Assembly: GCA_045837725.1 (NCBI GenBank)
Contig: JBEWZL010000260.1
Coordinates: 496,001-560,000, forward strand
Reading direction: 5' to 3'
DNA length: 64,000 nt
DNA from: Vermamoeba vermiformis
Taxonomy: Eukaryota
In this document: positions 13,617 to 25,073 of the stretch, piece by piece
How positions within the stretch are numbered: the stretch's first letter is position 1
How the letters are laid out: each line of letters begins with the position of its first letter
Notes under the pieces: generated by a model
What the model saw: only the letters and a program-made list of their open reading frames with translations
Told to the model about the DNA's origin: nothing
Databases searched by the model: none
Program-made: the position numbers and the translations under genes

Positions 13617-16600
13617 CTACTTGAATGAAGGAGGTTTGTATGTACGCAACAGCAATGAGAAGATGACCACAGGCACGCTGCTCACAAGAACGAATATAAG
13701 TTATTAATACTAATACATTCATTAAAAATAACACCACTATTATCAACTATATTTCAAGTCAGATATATTACCTGCTCACAAGCTCGCTCAAACCAGCGAA
13801 TGGAGGTGGGATAGTGAATGCGAAGGGCACCCACAAAGCACCAGCTGCTAGCGGGATGAACAAAGTGTTGTACACAAAGGCCCAGATGAGATTCAACTTA
13901 ATGCGGCCGGAAATGCGTTTGGCAAGATCAACGGCTGTCAGCACAGAGATCAGGCTGTCATTCAGAATCACGACACCTGCAGCGTACTGAGCCAAGCTCG
14001 ATGATTTGCCCCCCAGTGCCATGCCAACCGACGCAGCAGCGAGAGCAGGCCCATCGTTCATGCCATCGCCGATCATCACCACTTCACCTTGGTTGCGGAG
14101 CTCTTTGATTTTGTTCTGTTTGTCGCGAGGCAACACTCCACCGAGCACGTGATCTGCGGGGATGTTCAGTTGTGCTGCGATTGCTTTGACAGTCGTAGGG
14201 TGATCACCACTTATGACCCAAATCTCGTGACCACGGCGCGTCAAATAATCCATCGTTGTTTTGGCTGACGGTTTGAGTGTGTCATTCAGCACCAAAACTC
14301 CGCACAGTTGATCATCGAGTGCGAGATAAATCACAGTGCAGCCTTGTTGTTGCCAATCTTCAATTTGTTGAGCATGGCCCTCCAAAGCAGTACGACTTGA
14401 GCTGGAGAGAAAATCGCCGTTGCCCAGCTGAACAGTCATGCCGTTCACCACACCCACTACGCCCAGGCCTGGCTTCACTTGTGGCTTTTTAGGCTCCGTG
14501 GAAGTGATGCTCTGAGACTCGGCAAATGACGCGATAGCACGGGCAATGGGATGATTGCTGCCACGTTCAATGCTAGCAGCGTAGAACAGAACTTCTTTTT
14601 GCGTCATCTCTTTGTCGAGCACAACGACTTCAGCTACTGTGAGTTCACCAGTGGTCAGTGTTCCGGTTTTGTCGAAGCAGAATGTGCGTGCCTTGCTCAG
14701 TGTCTCAATGATTTGACTGCCTTTATAAAGGATGCCTCGCTTGGCTGCGACGCCTGTGCCGACCATCGTAGCAGTAGGAACGGCCAGTCCAACAGCGCAG
14801 GGGCACGAGACGATCAGCACGGCAAGTGCAAAATTGAGCGAGAACGGGAACACTGAGGGATCGGCCACGACCACGCCAGTTGACGCCAATATAATCCAAA
14901 TGAGGAACACGGCTACAGCGGCAGCAACGATGACAGGTACAAATATCTTGGACACCTTGTCGGTCATGTTCTCGATCTTCGCTTTGGTCATTTGTGTCTG
15001 TTCAACGAGCTGATGGATCATGTCTGAAGTCGTCTCGCCAGGGACTTTAGTGCATCTGACGAGTATTAAGGCGTGTCTGTTGATTGTGCCGCCAAAGACC
15101 ACGTCATCCTTTTGCTTAAACTGTGGTCGTGCCTCGCCTGTCAACATTGACTCGTCAACTTCTGTCGTGCCCTCTACAATGACGCCTACGAAAGTTGTCA
15201 AAAGAAAAACTCTTTGGTTTGGGAGTGCTTCTTGTGCTTACCGTCGGTCGGAATTCGTTCGCCAGGCAGCACTTTCAGAATGTCTTTGCGCTGGATCAGT
15301 GAGTTCGAGATCGTACGCGTGTTGGCCTCGGCTGTGTCACCCTCCACTAACAAAGACTCGCCTTTGTGGTGCTTGTTCAGCGAATCCAGAACGGTGTATG
15401 TCTTGGACTTGGCTAGGATTTCCAAATAACGACCCAGCAGAATGAACGTCATGATGAGTGCACTTGTCTCGAAGTACGTGTCACCGTTGACAACTGAAGG
15501 ATCAATCGCCAATATGAGACCCACGATGACGGAGTACAAATAGGCGACAGTAGTGCTAATTGAGATCAACAGATCTACATTTGCAAACTTGGCGTAACGA
15601 ATAGAAGACCACGCGGACTAGACAACATTGTGTCAGAGAACATAAATGCGCACTAACAAGCTGTACTTACCGAGTACAAAGGACCACAGAGCAGCACTTG
15701 AATGGGAGTGACCAGCACCCACTCGATAAAGATCTTCACAGTGAGTCCTACATAATAAATGAGAATCATATTTCAGAGAATCTAAGCGTACCATTGACAA
15801 TAGATGTGTTGATGGCATCATCACTGACTGGACTGATGGGCAACAAGAATGCTGTCACCACCACTGGCACAGTCAAGAACAGACACACTAAAAAGCGCCA
15901 CAAGCTGCTCGTCACTTCGTGCTGCATCTTGTTCTCTTGCTTCATCTCCACTAGTCTTGCGGACTCGACACTCTCTTGCACTTTGGCCTGATAAACAATT
16001 AGCTTCAATCATACAGACCACGATGGACTTACAAGCAAGTCTCTGATGCCAACAGTGGCAGGGTCGTACGAGACCGTCACTGAGTCGGTGGCACTCTGTT
16101 TGGGCATCCAGCACGATTCAGGGGCACTCTCATTGACTACGACAGTGTCAACCCCCTCGACTGTTCTGACGATCTCCGACAGCTCTTGCAAAGTAGTCTC
16201 GATGGCGTCACATGTCATGTTGACACGCAGGGCAGTGGACTCGAGAGTTGCAGTGAATGACAGTGCATTGATTGCGTCGATAATGTCTTGCGGTGTTAGT
16301 CGCTGCTTGTCGTAAAATATCTCAGCCTTCGTAGTGATCAAGCTGATCTTGTACGATTCAATGCCAGGTGTCGCTTTGAGTCTGCGTTCTGCCGTAGCCA
16401 CACAACCAGCACACGTCATTCCTTTGATCGAGAGCACGACTTTTTGAATGTTCGCGTCGTCAGTGTGAATGGTCACTGTGGTCTCTGGCTCGTCCAACAC
16501 ATCGTTATCGCGGCACGAATCAGCACAACATGAATCTGCTTCATTCGCCGGATCATTACAACCCTCCTCATCGCAGCACCCATCCTTGCACGGGTCAAGC

Positions 16601-17913
16601 TTCTTCACTGCACTGATCTGGCGGTTATTGTTGCAACAGTCATCCGCGCACAAGTCCTCTTTGGCCTCTCGACTGTCGCAGCACCCGTCATTCATGCTGT
16701 TTTGTGGCTTTGCGAGCAGAAGTTCTTTTTCTTGAACACCGCCGCAGCAACCACTGGTGCACGCCTTCTCTCCAGGTCCATTGCAGCCGCCACCGGGTTG
16801 ACTATCGCGGAACTTCGCTACTTTAGGTGCCAAGTAAGTGGTTGAATAGTCCTCCGTCGGCTTGCATTGGCAAAAATCTGTGCCACAGCAGATCTTTTCG
16901 CGGCACATTATTACTCGTGGGTTCGGCTCTACAACTTTTGTCGTCACAACAGCTGCTTGTGACACGCGGCTTGGCTTGTTTTGGATTCTCGCAGCATCCA
17001 CTAGTGCAAGCAGTAGTCGTGCGTAGTGGAGTAACTACGGGCATCTTCTTCGAGGGTTTTTCACAATCGCAACACGGTGTCGCTTCTTTGGCGAGTGTGT
17101 TATTTTTATTGCTGAACGCTGTTGTGTTATTCACTGGCTTCTCGCAATCGTAGCAGTCATCACAACATTGCGTCACTTCTGCCTTGCTCGCACTGAGTGT
17201 CACATTACTCGAACTCTTTGGCTTCTCGCAGTCGTAGCAGTCAGCGCAGCATTGTGTCACTTCCTCTGCAAATCCATTGAGTGCCTTGGTATCAGTCATT
17301 GGCCTCTCGCAATCGTAGCAGTCGTCACAACAAGTGTCCCCAATGAACGTGTCATTCAATGGTGTAGTGACAAGCTGAACCTTTCCTCCACAGCACTCAT
17401 CTTCGCAACAAGACTCTGCTGCCGACTCGCACTGGTCTGCGCACTCAGACCCAGCGCAGCACTCGTCTTTGCAACCATCACTCGCGCATTCTGAAGGCTC
17501 AGGGTGCACATCCTGCTGACAACACGCTTGCTTGCAACACGCATCAGAAGAATTGCAACAGACATCAGCATCAATAGCCTCGCTACTGACATTAAGTGGC
17601 TCTTCTTGAGTGCAGCACTCGCGAGGGCAAACACAAATCCGAGGTTTATAAACAATAACCTCGTTACTAATAAAAAATTAGAACTGATTATCACACTAAT
17701 GGTACGGTTATTTGATTAATAGAGCCGGCACGAAATTAAGTAAAATATTTTAATTTTCAAAACGAAGATTCTTGCACTCATGTCAATCACGACACTTGAG
17801 TACTTACCTATCCTGATAGGCCATTATATGAATGAGGTCACGTAAGGCCTGTAGTTGTGTTCGTGGTGTGCAGATCGAATAAAAATATCCGCGAATTTTC
17901 TCCTCCTTACCAT
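13617..17913 (-). CDS. Heavy-metal P1B-type ATPase with long Cys-rich N-terminus (PCA1-like); frame discontinuity near 16880-16930
   Basis: HMA GMTCAGC, TGE, CPC, DKTGT, HP, GDGMND, YN, and last helix FAGLSELVSSVPVV. The spliced start is ATG(17913)|ALRDLIHIMAYQD|SNEVIVYKPRICVCPRECC. Confidence 0.93.
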
Positions 17914-18080
17914 CAACACGCCAATAATAGCCCGTCAATGCAAAACTTTATGGTCCTTCTAAATGCCATTGAGTGATTTTCCTAGTGCGTGCAAAGGAGA
18001 TCGTGATCCACTTTCACGGTGGTTACAGAATCATCATTTTGCACCAACAGCGTGACATCACGAACACAACGCAGTCCCCA

Positions 18081-19528
18081 ATGCTCCGAAATATATTATC
18101 ACAGGCCACCAAATCAAGTATTGGGATTGTGACACGTACTGGTCTCCAGACCACGAAGAGATCCTTGTTTTCTTTGGCGTCAAACCGATCTCGAACCAAT
18201 CAAACGATATTCGCCTCAACAACACATTGTTCCAATACTTTAATATTCAAACGATACAAGCGATTGAACTTCAAGAAGCTGAAAAGATTGGCAGCCGAGG
18301 TAATGAGTTTATTCCAAATATTCATAAAAAAATCAAAATAATTGGTTTAATTATAATAACCCTTAATAGCTGGTTAAATTTGTGATGACAAATAATTCTA
18401 ATGCAATTACAGGAGGAAGAAAAAGCTCCCGAGGTGAAAATGAATGAGGATCTCTCAACTTTTGAAAAATTTCTGCTTATTGGAACAGACAAAAAACCTG
18501 TTGGTGTAATTAGTTACCAAGAAGCCTATGCCATGGCTAAAAAAGAGGGCGTCGATCTTGTGCTCGTTCAGGTACGGTTCTCGGATCTATTTTCGTGCAA
18601 TTGTTAATCACTCGTGCTCGCGCAGGCTAACGCAACACCTCCTGTTGCAAAGTTGCTCGCTCCTACAGACAAGAAATTGCAAAAGATAAAAGCATCGAGA
18701 TCGGTTGGTGTAAAAGAAAAGGTACGTAGAATTGGACTATCACTTTGGTGCAGTCACTCACCTCGTGCGCAGATTAAAGAAGTTCAGTTCAGTGAAGTCA
18801 TTACTGAACACGATATGCAAGTCAAAATCACTAAATTGCGCTCCATGCTCAAGCGCCAGTACCGTGTGCGAGTCCGAATTCAATTCAAGGACCGCAAGAA
18901 CTTCGATCAAGAACTAGCACGTGAGATTATGTTGAACGTAGCTGCACGTGTCAAAGATTTAGCCTTGCGTGACAGTCGTACAGGATTCAAAGTCGAGAGC
19001 TCAGCAGTCTATTCGCTCTTAGTTCCCCGTTCATTGCTACCTGAGGACGCTACTGACGAGCCGAAAGAGCCGGCGAACAAGAAAGACAAAGAAAAAGCAC
19101 CAGCTGACAAAAACAAGCCCGCAGATAGCGCCAAAGCAGCTGCAGCAACAAGTGCCGCAACTGAAGCACTCAAATCAAAGCCACACCCTGCTGAAGCTAT
19201 GCAAGATGAAGACGTTGAAGAGGATTTAGCCGAAGAGATGGAAGAAGAAGAAGGTGAGGGTGATGATCTCGCAGACCTCGCGCCCGAAGAGATTGAAGAG
19301 TTGTTGGCCCAAATTGAAAAAGAAGAAAAGCAAAAGAAACAAAGCCGCGCTCCTGAAGTTGCAGTCCCGAACAAGGGTGAACCGACAAAGAATTCAAATA
19401 ACAATAATAACAAGGGCAAGGACAATAATGCCAACAAACAAGCAGACAACCGATCAAACCAAAAAGATAACAAGAACCAGAACGCTCGAAATAATGACAA
19501 CAAGGGCAACAACAAGCGAAATAGGTAA
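18081..19528 (+). CDS. MTIF3: Mitochondrial translation initiation factor IF-3
   Basis: EAYAMAKKEGVDLVLVQ..PPVAKL; KEVQF...ITEHDMQVK; N-terminal presequence; low-complexity acidic/Asn tail. Confidence 0.85.
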
Positions 19529-20086
19529 AATAATTACCAAGCGCAATAAAAATCTCTTTGAATGAAGATTCGTTTATTATCTTCATGCTTGACAGCAAGA
19601 GCGAGAACAGAATCTATCATTACCTGAAATTGAGACCAGATCAGATCTGCGTTCCAACTTCCGAACGGGTCGTGCACCCTCCACGTGCAAAGAGCTAGGC
19701 AGCTGGCAATACCGTTAATTAATTAGCGATATTTAAAGATAGATCTGCTGATTTATAAATTTCTGACTGTTGGCCGGTGCTGCAGTAGACAGGGCGATAT
19801 CCAGGCTGGAGATACACGGCCTCGCTGTCGAGCTGCTGGTACCCTATTGCAAAAGAAGAAGCAGGTGAGAACAGGCTGTGGTTGCATTTATTAGCAAATA
19901 AATAAATATTGGGGTTATAAAATGGATTCGCGGTTGGTTAGTTGTGTTTTTGTCTTGTGAGGGTTTATAAATAGGGATATTTTGGTTGAGGGTAAATTAT
20001 ATGTACAAGGTTAATTGATTGGGGAGAATGGGTATGAATTTCATTCTCACTCCAGATCGCATAAGATCAGCAATTGTCAGCCAGTC

Positions 20087-21228
20087 TTATTCAGTCAGAG
20101 CGAGAAGACCAAAATCGAAAAGATCATTACTTGACTCGATCAAGCCGGGAGGATAGTCGCCAGTCAAGAACATGCTCGGGTCGCAGCTTTCTTCAAACTT
20201 GGCAGTGGCGTAGTTCTGGCTGTTGCCAAACATCGGCACGGGAACTGAGGGATACATGTTGTACGAAGAGAACACGGAGCCCATCGAGTTCTCGCTTACA
20301 GTCACGTCTACGCGCGGCTGCTGCTGTTGCTGTTGAAGCTTGACCTGAGTCATGACAGGGTTTGGAGTGAAGTACTGGATGCGTGGATCCATTCCCATGG
20401 TCATGCTTTGCTGTTGAGGAGAAACCACAGCAAGCGTGGGCGGACCCGCATCAGCTGTTTGAGAAGTAATATACATCGGACGTTCTCCGTATTCAAAGCG
20501 TTGTCCGGTGCCCATCTGAGCGGGATTGGCAAAAGGTGAAACCTTTCTTGGTCTGCCACGAGGAGCCGATACTTTCTTTTCTACAGACTCAGTAGACAAT
20601 TCGTCTTCATCGGCTGAGTTGGCAAGCTCAGACTTTCTAAAATGAAGAAAAAACGTAATTTAGTTACCGAGATCTCCGCTAGTTCGCACGGCGTTATTCA
20701 CAACATACCTCTTCCGTCCACGGCGTTTGCATTTACCGTCTCTACAAAGCTCTCCCATACCACGGCTGAGGCACCTCTTACAGGGTCGGCCTTCAGAATA
20801 ACCGCATCAGTAATCAAATCATAGTTTGTTTTCACAATTTAATAAATTGAATGTTTACCTTCGTCGCATGACATGTGGCTTCGTTGACAATAAACGCCTA
20901 GAATATTTGATAAATAATTGTCTTACCGAACGTTTCGGATTTTCAATAAAGTAAACCACCGCGCTAAAAACGAAAACAGCCTTGCTTCTTCCGTAAACAT
21001 TGTCGTTATACACAAATAACGGGCATGTTTACGGACAAATCAAGACTGCATAATCGCGCGCTGCGTAGGTAATGCTTACAAGCTCTGCTGACTCGTTTTC
21101 TCGACTTATCCTTCAAGCGAGCATCGTCTTCGTTATCTTGGATCAGTTGAAAATCTTCAATAACTGGTATACCGCGTTAGATAACTCTCGGTACGACGAA
21201 TTATTGGCTTACTTGGACCGTTGGACAT
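20087..21228 (-). CDS. Zn(II)2Cys6 binuclear-cluster transcription factor with AT-hook (possible extra terminal exon to 19719)
   Basis: Spliced small exons give RKRVSRA|CVYCQRSHMSCDE|GRPCKRCLSRGMGELCRDG (C-x2-C-x6-C-x5-C-x2-C-x8-C). PRGRPRK follows downstream. Confidence 0.88.
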
Positions 21229-21333
21229 GTGTGTAGAGAAGAGCGGACAAGGGAAAAGGGAAAGAAGAACTAGAAACAAATACAAAGGCCCGTAATACGA
21301 CCCTTTGCTTCTATTCTCATCGAATGGTGGAAA

Positions 21334-21469
21334 AAAAATAAACTGGAAAACGAAAAGATTGAATAAAAAGAAAATTGATTTTTTTTGGCCAGTTTTTTTC
21401 CTTTTATGGAACTCATCAAACAACAGTGGACCAATCGCGTGAGACTTTGACTTATCTTTGACCGAAACT
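21334..21469 (-). repeat. 136-bp duplicated segment, copy 2 (upstream of Zn-cluster gene / divergent promoter)
   Basis: Reverse complement of 12228-12363. Confidence 0.92.
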
Positions 21470-21857
21470 CCGTCGGGTAATTTCATACCTTTTTAGCTTT
21501 ATATACGAGCTGTACGACGACTTTTCGATCAACCTTTAAATCAAATAATATGTTTAGATGTCCAATAAATTTATCAATTATTATTCGGGTGACATTTGTC
21601 AATTTTTTGTTGGATCGCGGGATGCGGTCAGGTCTTGAAGTCATTTTGTCTTTATCTTTGCATTATGTGTTGCTCAGCAGTTGTTTATTAAATTGCAGTC
21701 GAAAAATAAGGACGAAAAAAGCTCCTCAAGGTTAGGGAGGAAATTCGCGCAACAAAACCCTCGCCCAGCACTATTTTACCCTTTGAAATGAAGACGAGCA
21801 CCTCAGTTCTTTGTTGATCCAAATATAGCTATTTATTTACTTGTGTACTGGGCACCA

Positions 21858-24800
21858 ATGTCGAATAAGCACAAGAAGGCCAACAAGCCTGATCACTCAG
21901 ATGATTCGTCGATGTCTGAATCCTCTTCGTCGTCCGACAAAGGTGAAGAACAAGACGAAAAGTTACGAGAGATCAAGCAAACCTTTAAGAAAAAAGGTCC
22001 TGCAGACTTTGAGCGCATTGCATTGCTTGGACGAGGAGATGTTGGTCGTGTCTACTTGGTTAAAATGAAGGGAACTGATACACTGTTTGCGATGAAAGTT
22101 CTCAAAAAGGCTGACATGATTCAAAGGAATAAGGTAATCATCTTACTAGGCCGGATCTATCGCTGATGAGACTAATCTGCGATCGCATTCGCACTTGTAT
22201 TGTCACCAAACAATTTCATAATACTAATTACTTCTCTTAGGTCAAACGTGTGCTCACTGAACGAGAAATTTTAGCTACAGCAAAACATCCATTCATAGTT
22301 ACGCTGTATTACTCTTTCCAAAGCACAAATCGCATTTACTTTATTATGGATTACTGTGCCGGTGGTGAATTTTATCGTACCATTCAAAGACAGCCGCATA
22401 AATGCCTCACAGGTACGCCGTAATTGTTTTTGATATTTTTCAAAAATTCCATTTCCTCAAGAAATTACTTATTCGGATGTCCGTTTTGTGGAAATGCATC
22501 CCAATGTTATGATATGCTCCAAATTAAGATGCTGTAACTATGTCTGATCGTTCAATCTATTTTCTAGAGGATCAAGCTCGATTTTACGCCGCTGAAGTAT
22601 TAAGCTCCTTGGAGTACCTCCATTTGATGGGTTTCATTTACAGAGGTATTTTACTCGATATTACAATCGTGAATACAAATTAACAATTAACAGATCTCAA
22701 GCCTGAAAACATTCTGCTGCACTCAAGCGGTCACATTATGTTAACAGACTTTGACTTGTCTAAAACCTCTGCCACTCCCGTCACTGTGCGTATTAAGAAG
22801 GGTGGCCCTCAAAGTGCACCAACAGTTGTTGCTGAGCCCGACTTGGTTACAAACAGGTGCGTGACACGTTCGACTTCGATTCAAAGCATTATTAATAGTT
22901 CCTCGAATTTAGTTTTGTCGGTACCGAAGAGTATTTAGCTCCTGAAGTTATTCGCGGCAAAGGCCACTCAGCAGCTGTCGATTGGTGGACATTTGGCATT
23001 TTAATTTTTGAAATGTTGGTGAGTATCCACGAATGCAATCTCTGCATAGTGCAAAGAAAGCTTATTTCGCTTTGTTTAGTACGGCACAACGCCTTTCAGA
23101 GGTGTGACGCGCGAAGAGACTTTTGAAAATATTGCTCGAAACGAATTGAAGTTCCCAGACCACCCACGTTGTGTTGTAAGTAGATATCGCGACTATTTGA
23201 TACAAACAGTAAACTTACTGTCATATTGAGGTGTCGCGCGACTGTAAAAACTTAATTAAGAAACTATTGCACCCCGATCCAAAGAAACGTTTGGGCTCTG
23301 AAGGTGGCGCTGCTGAAGTCAAGAGTATGTGACAGTTATCGTTGGAAGATGCGTACTAATATTTGACTTAGGCCACCCATTCTTCAAGTCTATCAACTGG
23401 GCTCTGATTCGAAATCTCAAGCCTCCAATTATTCCTCACTTAGAGGGTCCGTTGGATACGAGCCACTTCAGAAAGCTCGTTGATGACATGGGCAAGGAAG
23501 AAGAGGAGACTGAGGTTGATTCATCCGAGTTGAGCGAAGACCATCCCTTCAAGAGTTTCAAGCGAGGTATACCACCACCACCAAATCCGCGATAGAATAT
23601 GTCTAACTTCTTATGTAGTTCAACGCGATCAAGAAAGTGAAAAAGAGAGCGCCAAAGAGAGCGCCAAAGAACATAAAGACAAAGACCATAAGGATCACCG
23701 AGAGCCTGAATCTTTGACTTCAACAACTAACAGCGTTCCTGCTATGAGCTTGAGTACGTCCACCAATCAGCTCAAAGTCATGGAAAAAGGCAATGTAATC
23801 AGTGTCAGCAATGGCAGTTCAACAAAAGACGGTGAGCACAAGACACCGAGATATATGATGGTCTCATCGGCTGCTCTCGATGAAAAAGAAGACAAACGTA
23901 AGACCAACGATTCACCTAAAATTAATCGTCGTGACAGATCATTATCTGCTAAATTAGATAAAGACAAAGATCGCCGCGATAGTAATGACAAACATCACGA
24001 CAAAGACAAAGACAAGCACGACAAACACGACAAAAAGCACCATCATCGTGACAGCGATTCAGAGTCATCAGAAGGCAAGAAGGACAAGAAGAAACATCAT
24101 CACCGCACTGAGAGCGCTAAGTCCTCTTTGAGGAATAGTAAGGCTATTAAGGAAGAGCTGGAGAAGCACGATGAACAACAAGTAACTAGTCCACTTCTCG
24201 TGCAACAAGTTAATTTATCAGCCACAACACCTACCGCTACTCACTCACCGCGTACTCACAAGCACAAGCACCGTAGCAGCGAACGACCTCACCACAACCA
24301 TCATCACGATCACGAGCCTCATTCGTTAGCCGCCACCACGGATCTCGACACGCGTCACCGAAAGAAGAGCTCTGGTAGCGACAGTGGTGAAGACACTCGT
24401 TCTCCCGAGCGCAAGCACAAGCATCACCACAACCACAATAAAGACAAGAAAGACAACAAAGACAAGAAGGACAAAGAACACAAGTCTGACAAAGACCACA
24501 ACGACGTCGTAATTACTGTTGTAGCTCCAAAGGACGACCTCTCCGCCAGTGAGAAGCGCAAGAAGGACAACAAGGACAGCGGCGGTCACTCGACTAAGAG
24601 TGCACACAACAGCGATGATGAAGATCACGAGTCTAAAAGTGAGCGTGACAAGAAGCGAGCTAAAGACAACAAGCACGACGACGAGAAGGACAAACATCAC
24701 CGCGACAAGTCAAAGCGACACACTGTGATGTCTGCCTCGCTGGACACGAAGAAAGATGACGAGCGAAAAGAAAAACATCGTAGTCTGCACGAGAGTGACT

Positions 24801-24949
24801 TCACGCACGATCACGAGGACAGTCACAAAGAGAAAGACAAGCACCACAAGGACAAAAATAATAAGGACAAATCTGACCACAGCGACAAGGTTTCTTTGTC
24901 AGTCAGCAACAGTAATATTACTAATAATGGTAGCAATAAGTCGAGCTAA
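21858..24949 (+). CDS. AGC Ser/Thr kinase, Fpk1/Kin82/Nrc-2 (phototropin-kinase-like) type, with long His/Asp/Lys-rich tail
   Basis: [53 protein letters not shown] (DFD variant), [12 protein letters not shown]. Confidence 0.92.
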
Positions 24950-25073
24950 CAATAGGCCCCTTATCGCAACCATGCTCTGATCGAAGCAAATCGATCATTC
25001 CTTGTAAAAAATAAACACTTCTTCCTCATTCAACCAAGTTACGGATGCATGTTCATTTATTTTGTTTTATCTG

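Noticed and set aside
17773-17779. MRE-like TGCACTC in an ATPase intron
   Set aside because: TGCAC words are common throughout the window.
7621-19666. ACTTCCGAAC present in two intergenic regions
   Set aside because: A single 10-bp pair is expected by chance in 64 kb.
21157-21486. 109-aa ORF spanning the duplicated segment as a possible transposase remnant
   Set aside because: Low-complexity translation with no transposase motifs; only the part from ATG 21228 is exonic.
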